DNA from: Azolla caroliniana
Taxonomy: Eukaryota; Plantae; Polypodiophyta
Assembly: GCA_043228905.1 (NCBI GenBank)
Contig: JBHGNT010000183.1
Coordinates: forward strand, 1-58,584
DNA: 58,584 bases
Direction of reading: 5' to 3'
The position numbers were made by a program, and so were the translations under genes. Positions 36,701 through 50,210 of the stretch are shown piece after piece. Under the pieces are notes generated by a model. That model did no database searches. It worked only from the letters and a program-made list of their open reading frames with translations, and was not told where the DNA came from. Position 1 is the first letter of the stretch. Every line of letters starts with the position of its first letter.

Positions 36701-36984
36701 AGAGAACTCTGCTCGCCAACTGTTCCCAAGCCATGAAGTCTTTGTGTGTCGACTCGGGTGTTGTGTCATTTGCTCCGTCAACATAGCTCCAATATCCATG
36801 CCCGAGCAGGTACTAGTGCATCTTGTACGACCAAGACGCGTAGTTGTTTCTGTCAAGCTTCTCGATTGGAAGCAAGCTAGCCATGCCTCTATCCATTCTG
36901 TTTTCCTGTTCTTTACAAAGGTTAGGTTTTCTTCTCAAGTTAAGGTCGGTTGCAGAGGTTCTCAACCCTCGCGCTCTGATACCA

Positions 36985-37427
36985 TATGAAAAGAACAACG
37001 TGCGGAAGCAACAGAGAGCAAAACGTAGGAAAACACAGGTTTAATGGAGAGCTTGGACACACACACAATACGCAGGAGAGAGGGAGAGAGAGAGAGAAAT
37101 ACACACCACTCTACTTCAAAAAATAATACTCAATCTGTACATAGGATGTGCTCAATGAGCACTTTTATACAAGTCCATACGGACTGACTGAAGTACTGAC
37201 ACGTACTTCAATGCTCATAACTGAGCTCTACACTAACTCCCAAAATATATTCCTACACGGAATATCTTTCCAACGGCCTCGCGGTTTATGCACCGCTACG
37301 GCTTCTTGTTGCGCACCGGTTTACGCACCCAGTTTATGCACCGGTCCAGCCTAACCGATCAGTCCCAACCAATCCGATTCTCGGCTTGCACAGTCGATCC
37401 AGCCAACGTTGAGCTTGTATCTCAACA
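36985..37427 (-). repeat. 5' LTR of copia B
   Basis: Abuts PBS TGGTATCAGAGCGC with no spacer; followed by TSD AATAC. Confidence 0.92.
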
Positions 37428-37574
37428 AATACAACCTCTTGATCAAAACATACTTTGTTCTCTTTTAGGTTGTTAAGAAGAAGAAAAAAACACATACCAC
37501 ACCCAAATCATTTTGAGACTTATAAGTACAGGTTTTGATTGTTGTGTGATCCAATCACAACGATTTTCATATTG

Positions 37575-38085
37575 TGTTGACCGAATGGGAAGGTTCGTGT
37601 CAAGCAAGATCCGATCGTAGACCAGTGATCCAGTTGAGGTATTTCCGACCGATGAGAAGATCAATGGAGGAAAGAATGAATACACATACACACAATGCGA
37701 TCTTACGATCCATGCCCCAGAAGACGAGCGGATTGGTATGTGATCCAAACGTGAGATGTGCTGACCGGACGAGAAGGTTCGTGTCAACCAAGCTCCGATC
37801 GAAGTTATCGATCGTAGAGAAGTGATCCGATCAAGGTATTTCCAACCGACGGGAAGACGATAGATTTCCGGTCGACGAGAGTTTGCCATGGCAAGTGGGT
37901 TCGACACGCAATGCACTGTCCCATAGGCGTGCCAGGTGTTACCCATATAGGTGTACAGGAGGGTTAAGGTGTAATGTGTGAGGAAGAGTGTGTGTGTGTG
38001 TGTGTGTGTGTGTACATGTGTACAAGAGTGGGGTAAGTAGGTGTAACTACTCCCATTTGACTTTTTGTACCCGAGAGAAAAACCC
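37575..38085. repeat. LTR-like fragment of an unassigned family with an internal diverged repeat and a (GT)n tract
   Basis: Begins TGTTGACCG; ~90-100 bp unit repeated at 37575 and 37759; (GT)n at about 37988-38012. Confidence 0.4.
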
Positions 38086-38087
38086 AC

Positions 38088-39335
38088 TCAGTTGATTCGG
38101 CTATGATGACCACATGGCATATCATTATGCCTTTATGATGAAGGTGGCGACACTCTGAGAACCAAAAAATGTTTTCGAGCCAACCAAGGATCCACGATGG
38201 GTCGAAGGCATGAACGAGGAGATGCAGGCGCTATGCAAGAACGAGACATGGGATCTCATCCCTAACTCACCACACAAGAAATTGATTGGTGAAGGTTGAT
38301 TTACAAGGTGAAATATAATGTTGACGGCTCGGTAAACTGCTACAAACCACGACTCGTAGCAAAAGGATATGCTCAAACGCTCAGAGTCGATTACAAGGAG
38401 ACCTTTGCCCCGATGGCAAAGATGAAAACTATTCAGACAGTCATTGCACTCGTAGTTGCTAGAGGGTGGCGTCTCTATCAAATGAACGTGAAGATGCCTA
38501 TCTTCAAGGAGAATTAGGAGAGGTGGTGTCATGAACTGCCCAGTTTTCAATTGACCAATTACCCGACCATAGTCTGCCAACTCAAGAAGCCATTGTACGC
38601 ACTCAACCAAGCACCGCGTGCTTGGCATTCAATGATTACTCAGTATCTTCACCAAATCGGCTTCCGAACGTCGAAATCGAACAACTCCGTCTACATGAGA
38701 AGCGATTCCAAAAGCTTGATTGTCATCATCTTGTACGTGGATGATCTAGTCATCGAAGGAGATAATCTAGCCAACATGAGTAAGGTCAAATCCCTCATGC
38801 CTGGCAAATTCGAAATAAAAGACATGCAAGAGCTCCATTACTTCCTCAATATAGAAGTAATTCGGACACTAGTCAAGATCATGATCTTCCAACGACACTA
38901 CATCCTAAACTTGTTATACAAGTTCGGGATGACAAAGTGCAAACCTATGTCAACCCCTCTCGATCGAAACCGAAAGCTCGATGTCGACTCTGCGACATAA
39001 GAGTGTGAGTTGACTCAATATCGTCATCTGTTTGGTAAGTTAATCTATCTTACCATCACACAACCCCACCTCAGCTATTTGGTCGGTCTACTTAGCCAAT
39101 TCATGCAGAAACCTTAGAATATTCATCTAGATTGCGCTAAGAGAGTACTTAGGTACGTTAGTGGGACGATGGATTATGACATCTTGTATATGTCGGAAAC
39201 GGTCGTTCGACTCAGAGGGTACACATATGCAGATTGAGTCGGCTACAAGTTTACAAATGATTGACCTTGGGATTTTTCTTCTCCCTCGGTAGAGGACCTG
39301 TCTCCTAGAGCAGCAAAAAGTAGCCGAGGTAGTTG
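38088..39335 (+). pseudogene. Copia (B-like) RT/RNase H fragment
   Basis: FGYDDHMAYHYAFM, YKPRLVAKGY, ETFAPMAK, LYVDDL, GYTYAD; many stops. Confidence 0.85.
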
Positions 39336-39344
39336 CCTCGTTAA

Positions 39345-39600
39345 TTGTGAGTGAGAGAGAGTGTGTGTGTGAGTGTAACTCTGTAGCCGTCTGTCAAACA
39401 AAGGAGAACTTGAGGTCATTGCCTTTGAGTTTCTCATTGTACTTCTCCTCTATCTTAGTGATCTGTTTTGGAGTTTGTGGACTCCACGTGGTTTTTCCCA
39501 GTTCGGGTTTCCACGTTAAACCTCGGTGTCTCTATTCTTTCTTTTTCTTTGTTTCTTGCCCCCCGTTTTTGTCTGTGCATTGCCTTGATCGTTTTCTTAC
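39345..39600 (+). repeat. Copia LTR fragment (R/U5, A/C-type)
   Basis: Contains the U5 motif CGTGGTTTTTCCC...GGGTTTCCACGT seen in the other A/C/D LTRs. Confidence 0.65.
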
Positions 39601-39659
39601 TCACACACACACACACAGTTTCCTTGCGCTACACGAGATCACCTACACTCTCCATTTCT

Positions 39660-41215
39660 TTACAAGATTAGATCAAGTATGTTTCGGCTCCAATTGTGCT
39701 TGTTGGGGAATATAAGCTAGTGTTGCTTCCGTAATTGACAGGCTTCGTGAACTTGGCCCTTCCGGCCACAGAATTTTGGCAAGCCGAAAAAAATTTCCTT
39801 TGTTTGTATCTCTTGAAGCCATGGGAAGTTGATGTGGTTGATCTGCTTGTGTCTGATTCGACCTTTTGTCCTTTGGCAAACATACTAGTGCCAACATCGT
39901 TGGTATCGAGGATGAACTTCCTCTCGTCTCTACACCCTCGCATCATGATCTGGCCTTCATCTTCGATGGAGTAGCTGCATGTCTTAGTCGACGATTTGTT
40001 TTGTGGTTCACGCCCATTTGATTGGTTTTGTGCTATGACAAATGCACGGCCTATTCTGGCCTGCTTGAGCCCTCGGTGTAGTGCGATCTTTGCTTTCTCT
40101 TGGAATCAACTCTGCTTGATTCGAATCTATCGAAATTGGCCTTCTTTTTCCAGCACTCGCTTTCCCTATTGCCTTTCTATTTCTTTTCCTTGCCGGATTC
40201 TGAGACCACCCTGACTCCCCCTACTCGTGGAGAGTCCACTACTATCGGCACTCTTGTTGTGCCTTTGGTTCTAATCATATTGGCCATCATTTGTTCGTGC
40301 CGATCCGCCTCGTCCTCCATGACCATGGGCCGATCCGCCTCCATGTACAACATCTTATTGTTGGTGTGCATGCCCGTCGATGCACCCGCGTGATTCTCTT
40401 CGACAAGACACATCAACTACAACTTGAAGAAGTACAATGTTTTCTCCCTTGTGCGTACTGCCATTTGGAATGATCCCGACCTCTGTGCTAAACCTTCTAG
40501 GAAAATCTGCACCATCTCATCCTCATTCACTATCACATTGATAGATCCCAGTGTTCGTAGATCTCCTTGATTTTTGAGGCATAATTTGCCACTAACAGAT
40601 CTCTCTACCGAATGTTGTTGAGCTCATGTTTGAGTTGCAACTTCCTGGCCATCGTGCTTGTAGCGAAGATCTTCTTCAGATTTCCCCAAGTATCTTTTGG
40701 CTTCTTGGGGTTCCAAATGTAGCCAAGCAATTGATCACTCGCACAAGATGCAAAGCAATACAGGACTCTACTTGCCGCCTATTCCCAGGCCGGGAAATCC
40801 ATATGTGTCAACTCTAGTGTTGCATCGTTTGCTCCTTCTACGTAACTCCAATAGTCATGTCTGATTGCTCACACAAGATGCAAAGAAATATAGGACTTTG
40901 TGTGCCACCTATTCCCAGGCCGAGAAATTCATGTGTGTCAGCTTCTAAGCTACATCATTTTCTCCTTCCACGTAACTCCAATAGCCATGTCCGAGCAGAT
41001 ACTGATGCATCTTGTATGCCCAAGATGCATAGTTGCTCCCATCGAGCTTTTCTGTTGGCAGTGAATTACATTCCTCTATCCATGTTCCTGTCAATTTTTG
41101 TTCTAAAGATATTCGCCTTGTCTGTGTTAAAGTGCTTGTTGGCATCAAAGGATTCTTCTCAACTCTCACACTTTGATACCATGAAAAGAGTTACTTGCGG
41201 AATGTACAAAACAAA
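39660..41215 (-). mobile_element. Copia family B remnant (PBS, gag, deleted PR/IN); rest of its 5' LTR at 44250-44457
   Basis: PBS near 41171-41181; TEKLDGSNYASWAYKMHQYL; FAKGQKVESD; diverged ~130-bp tandem duplication at 40742-40991; LTR end GAGCTTGTCACTCAACA at 44457. Confidence 0.8.
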
Positions 41216-44200
41216 CACTATCGGCTGACCCAGACAACAAGAGACAGTTAGGTAAAACAGGCTTGGTCACATGAGTGAGAGAGGCATGCATATCCTAGCC
41301 GAGAAGAAATTTCTTCGAGAAGTGAAAGGGATACACCTTGAGAAATGTGTCAATTGCCTAGTTGGAAAGCAAAACAAAGCTGCATTTCACTCTAGGCCAC
41401 CAAAGAGAAGAGAATGTGCACTAGAACTGGTCCACACTGATGTATGCTACATAGATGCTCAATCATATCGTGGTGGACAATATTTTGTAACATTCATTGA
41501 TGACTATAGCATAACGTTGTGGGCTTTCGTGCTAAAGTCAAAAGACCAAGCGTTGTTGTTCTTTAAGGAATTTCAAGCTAGAACTGAAAGAGAGTCTGGA
41601 AGAAAGTTGACGGTTGTCCAGACCGACAATGGTGGCGAGTACAGAGGACAATTCGAGGAGTATTGCAAGACCCAAGACATAAGACTCGAATATACGGTGC
41701 CTAAGACCCCTGAATTGAATGGTCTTGTAGAGAGGATGAATCAAACCATAATGGAAAGAGTGAGAAGCATGTTGTCACATGCAAAGATTCCAAAATCGTA
41801 TTGGGCGGAAGTTATGTTGACAGTAATCTATGTGATTAACAGGTCTCCCTAAGTGCCCCTGAAAGGAGAAGTCCCACAACGGGTATGGATAGGTAAGGAT
41901 GTGTCTTATCAACACTTGAAGGTGTTCGGATGCCTGTCATATATGCACGTTGCTAACGATCAAAGGTCGAAACTCGACAGCAAGTCGAAACCTTGCATAT
42001 TTATAGGGTACTCTGAGGATGAATTAGACTACAGGTTGTGGGATAAACTCGACAAGAAAGTGGTGAGGATTCAAGACAAAGTATTTATGGAAGACAAAAC
42101 GATTGAAAACTGAAAATAGCGAAATTCGGGGTCGTCTTCCTAGTCGACTCTCACTACTATGGACACAGGACTAGTCGACTCTACACGGTCGGTTGTTAGG
42201 AGACAGCCATTCAGCACAGTCGACTCGGAGCAACCGACTAATATGTATATGAGTCAAAGTTGGCTGACCTACAGAGATCAATTGATGCATACAAGTCAAA
42301 GTCAGTCAATTTCCAACAGCCGACAAATACATATGAACCTAAGCCTGATGAAGAGTCGGCAAGAACATCTGAACCTGAGCCGACTATGGGAGGAAGGAGA
42401 TACCCACTCAGACAAAGGAGAGCACCCTCTTGATACTCCAACTAATATATTCTATTCACTGAGGAGGATGAGTCGGAATGTTACGTAGAAGCCATGGCAG
42501 ATGAGCACAAGGAGAAGTGGCAAAGAGCAATGCAAGATGAAATGGACTCCTTGCATGAAAATTACACTTTCGACTTGGTAGAGCTATCGAAAGGTAAGAG
42601 AGCCCTAGAAAAAAATGGTTCTTCAAGCTGAAAATGGGGAAGTTGGCAACTCACCAAGATAAAAGGCCCGAATTGTAGTAAAGGGATTTCAGCAAAAAAA
42701 GGGGGTCGGCTTTGATGAGATTTTTGCACTAGTCGTAAAGATGACGTCCATTTGAATAGTGTTAAGTATTGTTGCCAGTATGAATCTAGAAATAGAGCAA
42801 GTGGATGTCAAAGCAACATTCTTGAATGGGGATTTAGATGAAGAAATCTATATGCAGCAGCTCGAAGGTTTTGTGGAGAAAGGAAAAGAGAATCTGGTAT
42901 GTCGACTACGGAAGAGTTTTTACGGTCTAACACAAGCTCCATGACAATGGTATAAGAAGTTTGAATCCTTCATGTTGGAACATGGATTCCATAGAACACA
43001 AGTTTATCACTGTGTGTTTGTCAAAAGGTATAATGAAGGAGACTTCTTGATTCTCTTGCTATATGTGGATGACATGTTAGTGGTCAGACAAGACACCAAG
43101 AAGATTGTGAGCTTGAAGAAAGAACTAGGCAAGTCGTTTGCCATGAAAGATCTTGGACCGGCCAAACAAATCTTGGGGATGCACATAGTTCGAGATAGAA
43201 CTAAGAATGTGCTATGGTTGTCACAAGAGAAGTATGTGACAAATATTTTGGAAAGATTTAACATTCCGGACGCAAAACAAGTAGGATCTACATTGCCGGC
43301 AAATTGCAAGCTTAATGTTGGCCAATGTCCGAAAAGCGAAAAGGACAAGACCAAGATGAGGAAATCACCATATGCCTCGACCATCAGTAGTTTGATGTAT
43401 GCTATGGTCTATATGAGACCAAAAATAACATTTGCATTCGGAATAGTAAGCCGATATATGAGTAATCCAGGAAGAGAACACTAGGTAGTTGTGAAATGGA
43501 TATTCATGTATTTGAGAGGCACCTCAAGGGTATGCGTTAGGTATGGTTTTGGAAAACCTATGCTCAAAGATTTTACCAATTCAAACATGTCGAGGGATAT
43601 AGACTCCAGTCGATCCACATCAGGTTATGTAATGACCTATGCAGGGGGAGCAATTTCATCGCAGTCAAGATTGCAAAAGGTTGTGGCTTTGTCCACCACA
43701 AAGGTAGAATATATGGTTGCAGTAGAGGCCGTGAAGGAGTTAATATGGATGAAAAAATTTCTTAGTGAACTAGGAATGAAGCAAGAAAAATTCTTACTTC
43801 ACTGTGATAACCAGAGTGCCATACATCTAACCAAGAACGTTGCTTGCCACTCTCGAACCAAGCATATACAGAGAAGGTATCACTAGTTACAAGAGATAGT
43901 GGATGAGGAAGAGTTTACCCTAATGGATCCGACATGCTCACAAAAATCCTACCTATGGACGAACTCAGAGCTTGTCGATAGAAGACAGGATTGACAGACT
44001 CTCCCTATGGGAGTGAAGGGGCAGTTTGTTAGGATTTTATCCCTTAGACGTCCTAATGGGAGAAGCCAGTTGTTGATTGGAAGAATCTGTTTTTCCTCTT
44101 GTATCTCAGATATATAGTGAAAATATGTTGCCTCGTGGTTTTCCTTGTTGTAGAGTTTCGATGTAAACGAGTGTGTACTGTGTTTTTTGTTTTTTGTTTT

Positions 44201-44249
44201 GTATTTTTTAGTCTATCTTTCTCGTCTATCTACGGTCCTAATCCTAGCA
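41216..44249 (+). mobile_element. Copia family C 3' portion (IN-RT-RH, PPT, shortened 3' LTR) lying within the family B LTR
   Basis: ORFs 41271-43886 carry copia motifs; PPT GGAGTGAAGGGG near 44010; LTR TGTTAGGATT...AATCCTAGCA at 44027-44249. Confidence 0.88.
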
Positions 44250-44457
44250 CAATGTGCTCATAGAGCACTTTTTATACAAGCCCCTAACAGTGGGCTGACA
44301 CAAGTATTGACAAGCTCTTTAATGAGCATAAGTGAGCTCTGACACTAAATTGTCTATATAATATTCCTATTACGGCTTCCAGCCGATCCGGTTTTCGGCT
44401 TCTTTAGCCAACTCGGCCTTTAGCTAGTTTGGCTCATATTGAGCTTGTCACTCAACA

Positions 44458-46348
44458 TGGATGAACTCTAGGGGTTGTGATGTTGTCTCGTAGTGTAGAG
44501 AGTGAGGGCTTCAGGATTGTTTCCCCTATTGACAATGCCCGTAGAAGTCATTCTCAGCATCGTTGAGCTTTGGTATGTAGCCGATTGTTGATAGATGTTC
44601 GAATCCAGCTTACGACATGTGTCCTAGTTGGCCATGCCACAACGTAGGGGTTGGTAATTCGGCTATATTTAGTGATCCCTCCCATTCGATTACAGTGAGC
44701 AAGTACAAATTATTGTACTTTGTGCCATAACCGATTCGGAGATTTCCTCTCGTAATGTGCCATGATGACTCGCTCAGTGTCATCTTGTACCCTTCTTCGG
44801 CTAAAATTACGATGGAGATTAGACTCCTCTTTAGATCAGGTACATGTCGTCATAGTGCATGGTGATCATGCTTCCATTCAGTAGTTGAATGGGTATTTCG
44901 TTGATTCTAGCAATTTTGCACTCCTGCCTATTGCCAAGTTAGATTGCATCGGCATCTTCGGCCAAGTAGGACTTCTTCCGACCAGGATTCAACATAATTT
45001 TATTGGTTGATAGTTGGAGGGTGGTTCAAAATGGATTATCATAAATTCCAATCAAATTTTCATGCAATTCTCTTCCTTTTTAGCAACTAGTTGTCGACAA
45101 CACTATGTTTGGCCTTTCCTGTAGTGTGTGCAGTAGGAGCATTTGGCTTGTCATTCTGTGACTTCGACCGTTATTGGTCATTTCTTCTCCTTGGTGGGCT
45201 TTGGATTTGGCCTATTCTCTGAGCCGTATTAGCAGAAAAATGGGCTATGACATTATCATTGATGGTGAGTCCCATCGATTTTCTTTGAAGATCTTTTGAG
45301 AGGATCTATCTGATCTCTTCCTCAAGCATTAGCTTTGTTGAGCTATTCGTGATCGTCTTGCAGAAGACTTCCTAACTTGTCGATAGGCTCGAGAGAAGTG
45401 AACGGGATTTGATTTCTTCTTCAAAGTTCAATCCTTACGAGGAGAGTTCGATCAACACCTAGCTGAAGGTGTTGACGTGGGAGGTTGCCAACTCAGTTTC
45501 ATTCATCTTCATATTGAATAGTTGTTGAATCAATATGAGTCTTGATGAGTTCGACTTCTTTTCGTATTGGCTTGTAGCTTCTCTCACAAGGTGAATGCCA
45601 TCGTCTCTTTTACCATGTTGAAGTAGATGTTTTCGGCCAAGTGCATCCGAATGGTTGATCTTGCTATTTCGTCAAGTGATGGCCATTCGTCAGTAGTCAT
45701 CGAGGTCAGCTTGCTATTGTGCCGAATAGCCTCGATTTGATGCCGGATGATCAATACATCCTACATTATCTCCTTCCAAAGGGCAAAGTTTCTACCATCG
45801 AATTTTCTGATCTTACAACCAGTGTCCGATGTCAAGGCCATCATTCTTGTGGAAGTAAGTATTTGACCTAGTCCTTTCCTTTAGTCAGTTTTCCTCCTTG
45901 TGTTGTTGTTGAAATCCGAATTGTGGCTTAGCCAGCTATGGTATGATGATATGCCGACTAGATTGGAATAATATGGATCTAGTGTATGGAGTTAGCAAGC
46001 AAGTAACAAGAGAGATATGGTATATTGTTCCTGTCAATGAGATATACACAAAGAGAGAGAGAGAGAGAGAGAGAGATTATCATCTTCGGAGGTCAAATAT
46101 GACATATGAGACCAAAAATATTACATTTCACGTGATACGTGTGAAAGTGAGTAGCGACTCTCAATGTTCAAGAACTTTATCAAGGAATGTTGCAACCGAG
46201 AGTGCACATTGTGGTTGTGAGAGAAATTCGTGCAAGGAGAGAGAGAGAGAGAGAGAGAAAGTGAGTAGCGACTCTCGATGTTCAAGAACTTTACCAATGA
46301 ATGTTGCAAACAAGAGTGCACATTGTGGTTGTGAGAGAAATTCGTGCA

Positions 46349-46386
<38 letters not shown>

Positions 46387-46552
46387 GTTACACAGTTGTA
46401 ACGCAAGATGACAGTTGCATTCAAGAGTCCCTTCGAACGACTTTAAAAGAATATAGTTCCTCATATTTATAGTTAGGGAAAACTGAGCCCCAACTTAGAG
46501 GACGCGTTCACACTAGGAGTACAATAGGTGGAGTGGGACTTTTAGCCCAACA
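44458..46552 (-). mobile_element. Old copia element (family E): gag, PR and pre-integrase remnants plus probable 5' LTR
   Basis: Minus strand KIRKFDGRNFALWKE near 45800, and RHVPDLKRSLIS and LWHGQLGH in the 44600-44850 region; LTR-like ~45946-46552 ending CCCAACA; PBS not clearly retained. Confidence 0.65.
46143..46384. repeat. ~114-bp tandem duplication ending in (GA)n
   Basis: GAAAGTGAGTAGCGACTC...GCAAGGAGAGAG at 46143 and 46257. Confidence 0.9.
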
Positions 46553-49500
46553 CTAAATGAATGGAATGAAATAGAGAAAATTCAAAAGTTGTTCGTATGT
46601 AGACAACACATCCTATTTGGTCATGTTATCATAAACAAGTGCGCACATAGAGGTGCTAGTCATGCAAAGAGTATAAAAGTGTGTCTAAAGGTCAAGAATA
46701 TGCATGATCACAAATTTTCAAAATAGGCTTGGAACATAGGATGCAATTCATAAAACACTAATAAGAACAAAATCCTCTCACATGGATTGTTAAGAATCTC
46801 TTACTAATCAAAAGACCAAATTAAAGTAAAAGAAAGGTGAACAGATTGTATAGAAGAACCTAATCCTCCCAACCACCCCTGAGTTATGATCAAGACATAA
46901 CTAACCTACCAGTGACAGATATTAAGATGACTAGTACCTTGGAAGAGGTAACACGATCATCACAATGAAAGCCTAGCTTGCACCATTGGCGTCTCAAGAC
47001 TTCAGCCTTTTGATGTAATATGTCTAATGAGGGTAGCTAGGCCTAATATTTATAATTCTTCCAAGGCCTCTTCAATAGATGTGCTTTTCTAAAACACTCT
47101 TCATGCATTGTTTGTCAAGATCATGATACATAACATGGAGAGGTGCTTAACATCATGAAATGGAGATCTCAAGTGATGCTATGAAGTAGGTGATCATCGA
47201 AGATAGATAATAGAGGCACTAGGATGAAGTGGTAAAATGCTAAATTGCCAAATTTGGAATATTGAATTGCAAATGTTAACCCTTAATATTCAACGCACTA
47301 CAACGTAAAAAGGCCAGAACATATCCAAGCACATGTCACTACCCCAATGAGCTTTGGCTCTCCATGAGCCTTAACACTTCTTCAAACTCTCTCATGTAAG
47401 TTAGGTGTTAAGATAGCATCATGGCATCATCGCCCAAGCATGAAGATATGCAAGTAACTTAGGAAATGAAAACCTAGCGGAGGATGAACATAACTTACTT
47501 CTTACATGCTCAACATATACGATAATTTGTGAGAAGAATGATAGCTTGTTAGAGGCATAATAATTTAAGATTCATACTCAGAACTCCACCAAGAAAGATG
47601 AGCACATGCTTTTGTGCATTATTTTCACATATAGTGTAGAGTAATAAACCCCCCTCTTCAGAAGGAGTCACATGTAAGATGGTATGTTGATTTGGTCTCA
47701 TAGATCAAATTTGTCTTCGTTGAAGATAAAAATATATTCTATTCGTTTCTTTTCATACATGCTCAAGTTGTTCAAATCTAGCACAATCTCCAACTAGTCT
47801 TTTGTAACAATGAGTGCCATCATTTATAACTTTGGGACATTAGACAACACAAATAGCAAAATGTATTACACAATGTCATTAGTGATGTGACGATGTTACT
47901 GAATCAAGAATGAGCAAAAGTGTCACAATTGTTATTAATCGTGGTACTGCCGTTTGTGGTACCACCATGAAGTTATAAACCCAAAACAAAGGGTTCAAAT
48001 GTCAATAAAATTAACAATGGGGAACATAAATCTATGACAAGAACCACCAAGTTTGTCTTGAGACCTTTAATTAAGAGAAAGATGAGTTAACAGGATTACT
48101 CTCACTCATCATAGATTGCAAGCACCACAATATTTTTCCATTACAAGGCTTCCTTCTTTCTCATACTACATTTGATACAAGAATTAGAAAATCTAGGGAA
48201 AGAATTATAACTGAACCAATTGTTTATCACAAAGAATTTCATAATTAGCATGATACTATGTTCTCTTTGGTACGGCTAGGCCCTCAACCATTTTGCGCCT
48301 CTCACACTAGGGATGTAAGTTGTTTTGATTGTGTTGTTTATATTGTTTATGTTAGGTGGTTTCCAAGAGTGCTCTTGATTGTATATTTTCTACCTAAGGA
48401 TGAGGATGGGATGGCTCATCCCACAATTACTACCAATGTGGAAGGTGCTAATAAGACTAAAGGTCTCAATATATCTATGCTTGACCTCGATTGAGAGCGG
48501 CCTCAAATTGGCACCTAAATCAATACAATTGGCATCAATGAGGATACAACAACTAGCTTTATTCACAATTTTTTGGACTCACATGTAGCTCACAACTATC
48601 AAAAGCAGATGAACCTATAAACACAAAATTTTGGTAAATAGGAGAGTCAAATTTTGCTCAAGAAAGCACTTACATTTCTTGAAGTAAAAAAGAGCAATGA
48701 GCGCACATCCCAATGTAAGTTCCAATGTTCAATATAAATCTAAATTTCTCTTTCAATTCAATTTGTGTGTTCTTGTATCGTGTTTTCGTAACTTTTGCTT
48801 TCTTCTTCAATCCAACTCCACAATTGGATAGAGGTTCAACACTTGTCTACACGCATGACACATTCATAATGCACCATCGACAAACATCATAACATTTTAC
48901 ACTAATTGAATATTTGTAATTATAAAGGGGTTATATTGTAGGACCAAACAATATAAGCAAAACCAATTATTATATGCATATGTAAATGAGGATGAAGGTC
49001 ATAGTTTATCTCGTTAAGCTTGAATATATTAACCAAAGTACTAGTAGTCAAGAGCCAAATAAAACATGGTACAACTGGAAGTTGGGTGATTGAACCACCT
49101 TGGTTTCAATATAAGATTTGAAGTCAATTATTGTGTTTTCCCTTTCTTTAATCTCAACCACCTTGTGTATGAAGTGTTTTGTTTATTATCTCATAATTAT
49201 CAAGTGATTGTGTAACCAAGTCCTTAATAGCAACAAAGTTTGAGTCCAATGTGTGTCCTAGCTGCCTTTGCCAAAGAAGTGAACATGATGGTTCCTTGCT
49301 AACCATTGTAGACCTCTACTGACTACCCAAATATTGTTATTGTGCTTCATTACACTTTATGCATCATGTAAGGGCAAGTTGCCTAGTTAGCTTCCTTAAC
49401 TCCTAATTGAGCATCAATAATTTCCAATTAGCCTTCATTTTTTCGTTTCACTTCAAAACCACACTAACATCAGACAATGATATCACTAGCACTGGCAATA

Positions 49501-50015
49501 TGGCACACCATTGAGATCATATTACCTCTCCTACATACCCATTCCCAGCTAAACATGCACCTTTGGTCCAAATAATTGGACATCACCCTACCTTGAACCT
49601 CAAAAATTTCCACCCCTCAGTTATCATTTCCCACCCATCACACCAGCATTGTTCAAGCCCTACTCAACCTCTTAAATGTCATACAACCATTTCCAGAAGA
49701 GGAAATCTATTGCATTGTTCATCCACATACAATAACAAAAATGACAATCTAGAGGCCCGCTATTGCCCTTCCCACAACTTGGCAAGCCAATCACATGTCC
49801 AAGAATAACAGCCCCCACATACACACATGCATCTAGAATTCTTCTATGCAACATATAAAGGGCATACTATAATTCCTTATTCAATTTGAACCACTCATAA
49901 ATTTGCTCAAGATGGGAAAGTTTGTAGATGCCTACTAAATTTTGCAAGTAGTCTACATACTATACATAAAGCCAACATCAACACAAACTCACAATCAATT
50001 TGATGAGACAGATAC

Positions 50016-50210
50016 AATATATCAGATCACGCTTTCAATTATTGAAGTAACAAGAAAATAATGAAACAAATACGGGATCCATTTTAATGTCAACTTAAGC
50101 TTCATAAATATATCAGATCACGCTTTCAATTATTGAAGTAACAAGAAAATAATGAAACAAATAGGTCGCTCTACGGTCGACCATTTTAATGTCAACTTAA
50201 GCTTCATAAA
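50016..50210. repeat. ~91-bp near-perfect tandem duplication downstream of the kinase
   Basis: AATATATCAGATCACGC...GAAACAAATA at 50016 and 50107; CCATTTTAATG...CATAAA at 50079 and 50181. Confidence 0.9.

Larger units (their letters stand above)
26410..37427 (-). mobile_element. Full-length copia family B element (degenerate), hosting a nested family A insertion
   Basis: TSD AATAC at 26405-26409 and 37428-37432; LTRs 26410-26819 and 36985-37427; PBS 36971-36984; PPT 26820-26830; gag-PR-IN-RT-RH fragments. Confidence 0.95.

Noticed and set aside
37890-37910. Isolated B-box-like GGGTTCGACAC
   Set aside because: No appropriately spaced A box or stems.
45943-46424. ORFs with ERERER or LSLSLS and a repeated SAHCGCERN
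   Set aside because: Products of (GA)n and a tandem duplication within an LTR.
48950-49900. Possible ancient LINE RT remnant on the minus strand (FLLLYVDE near 49720)
   Set aside because: Only one weak motif amid many stops; needs a translated HMM search.
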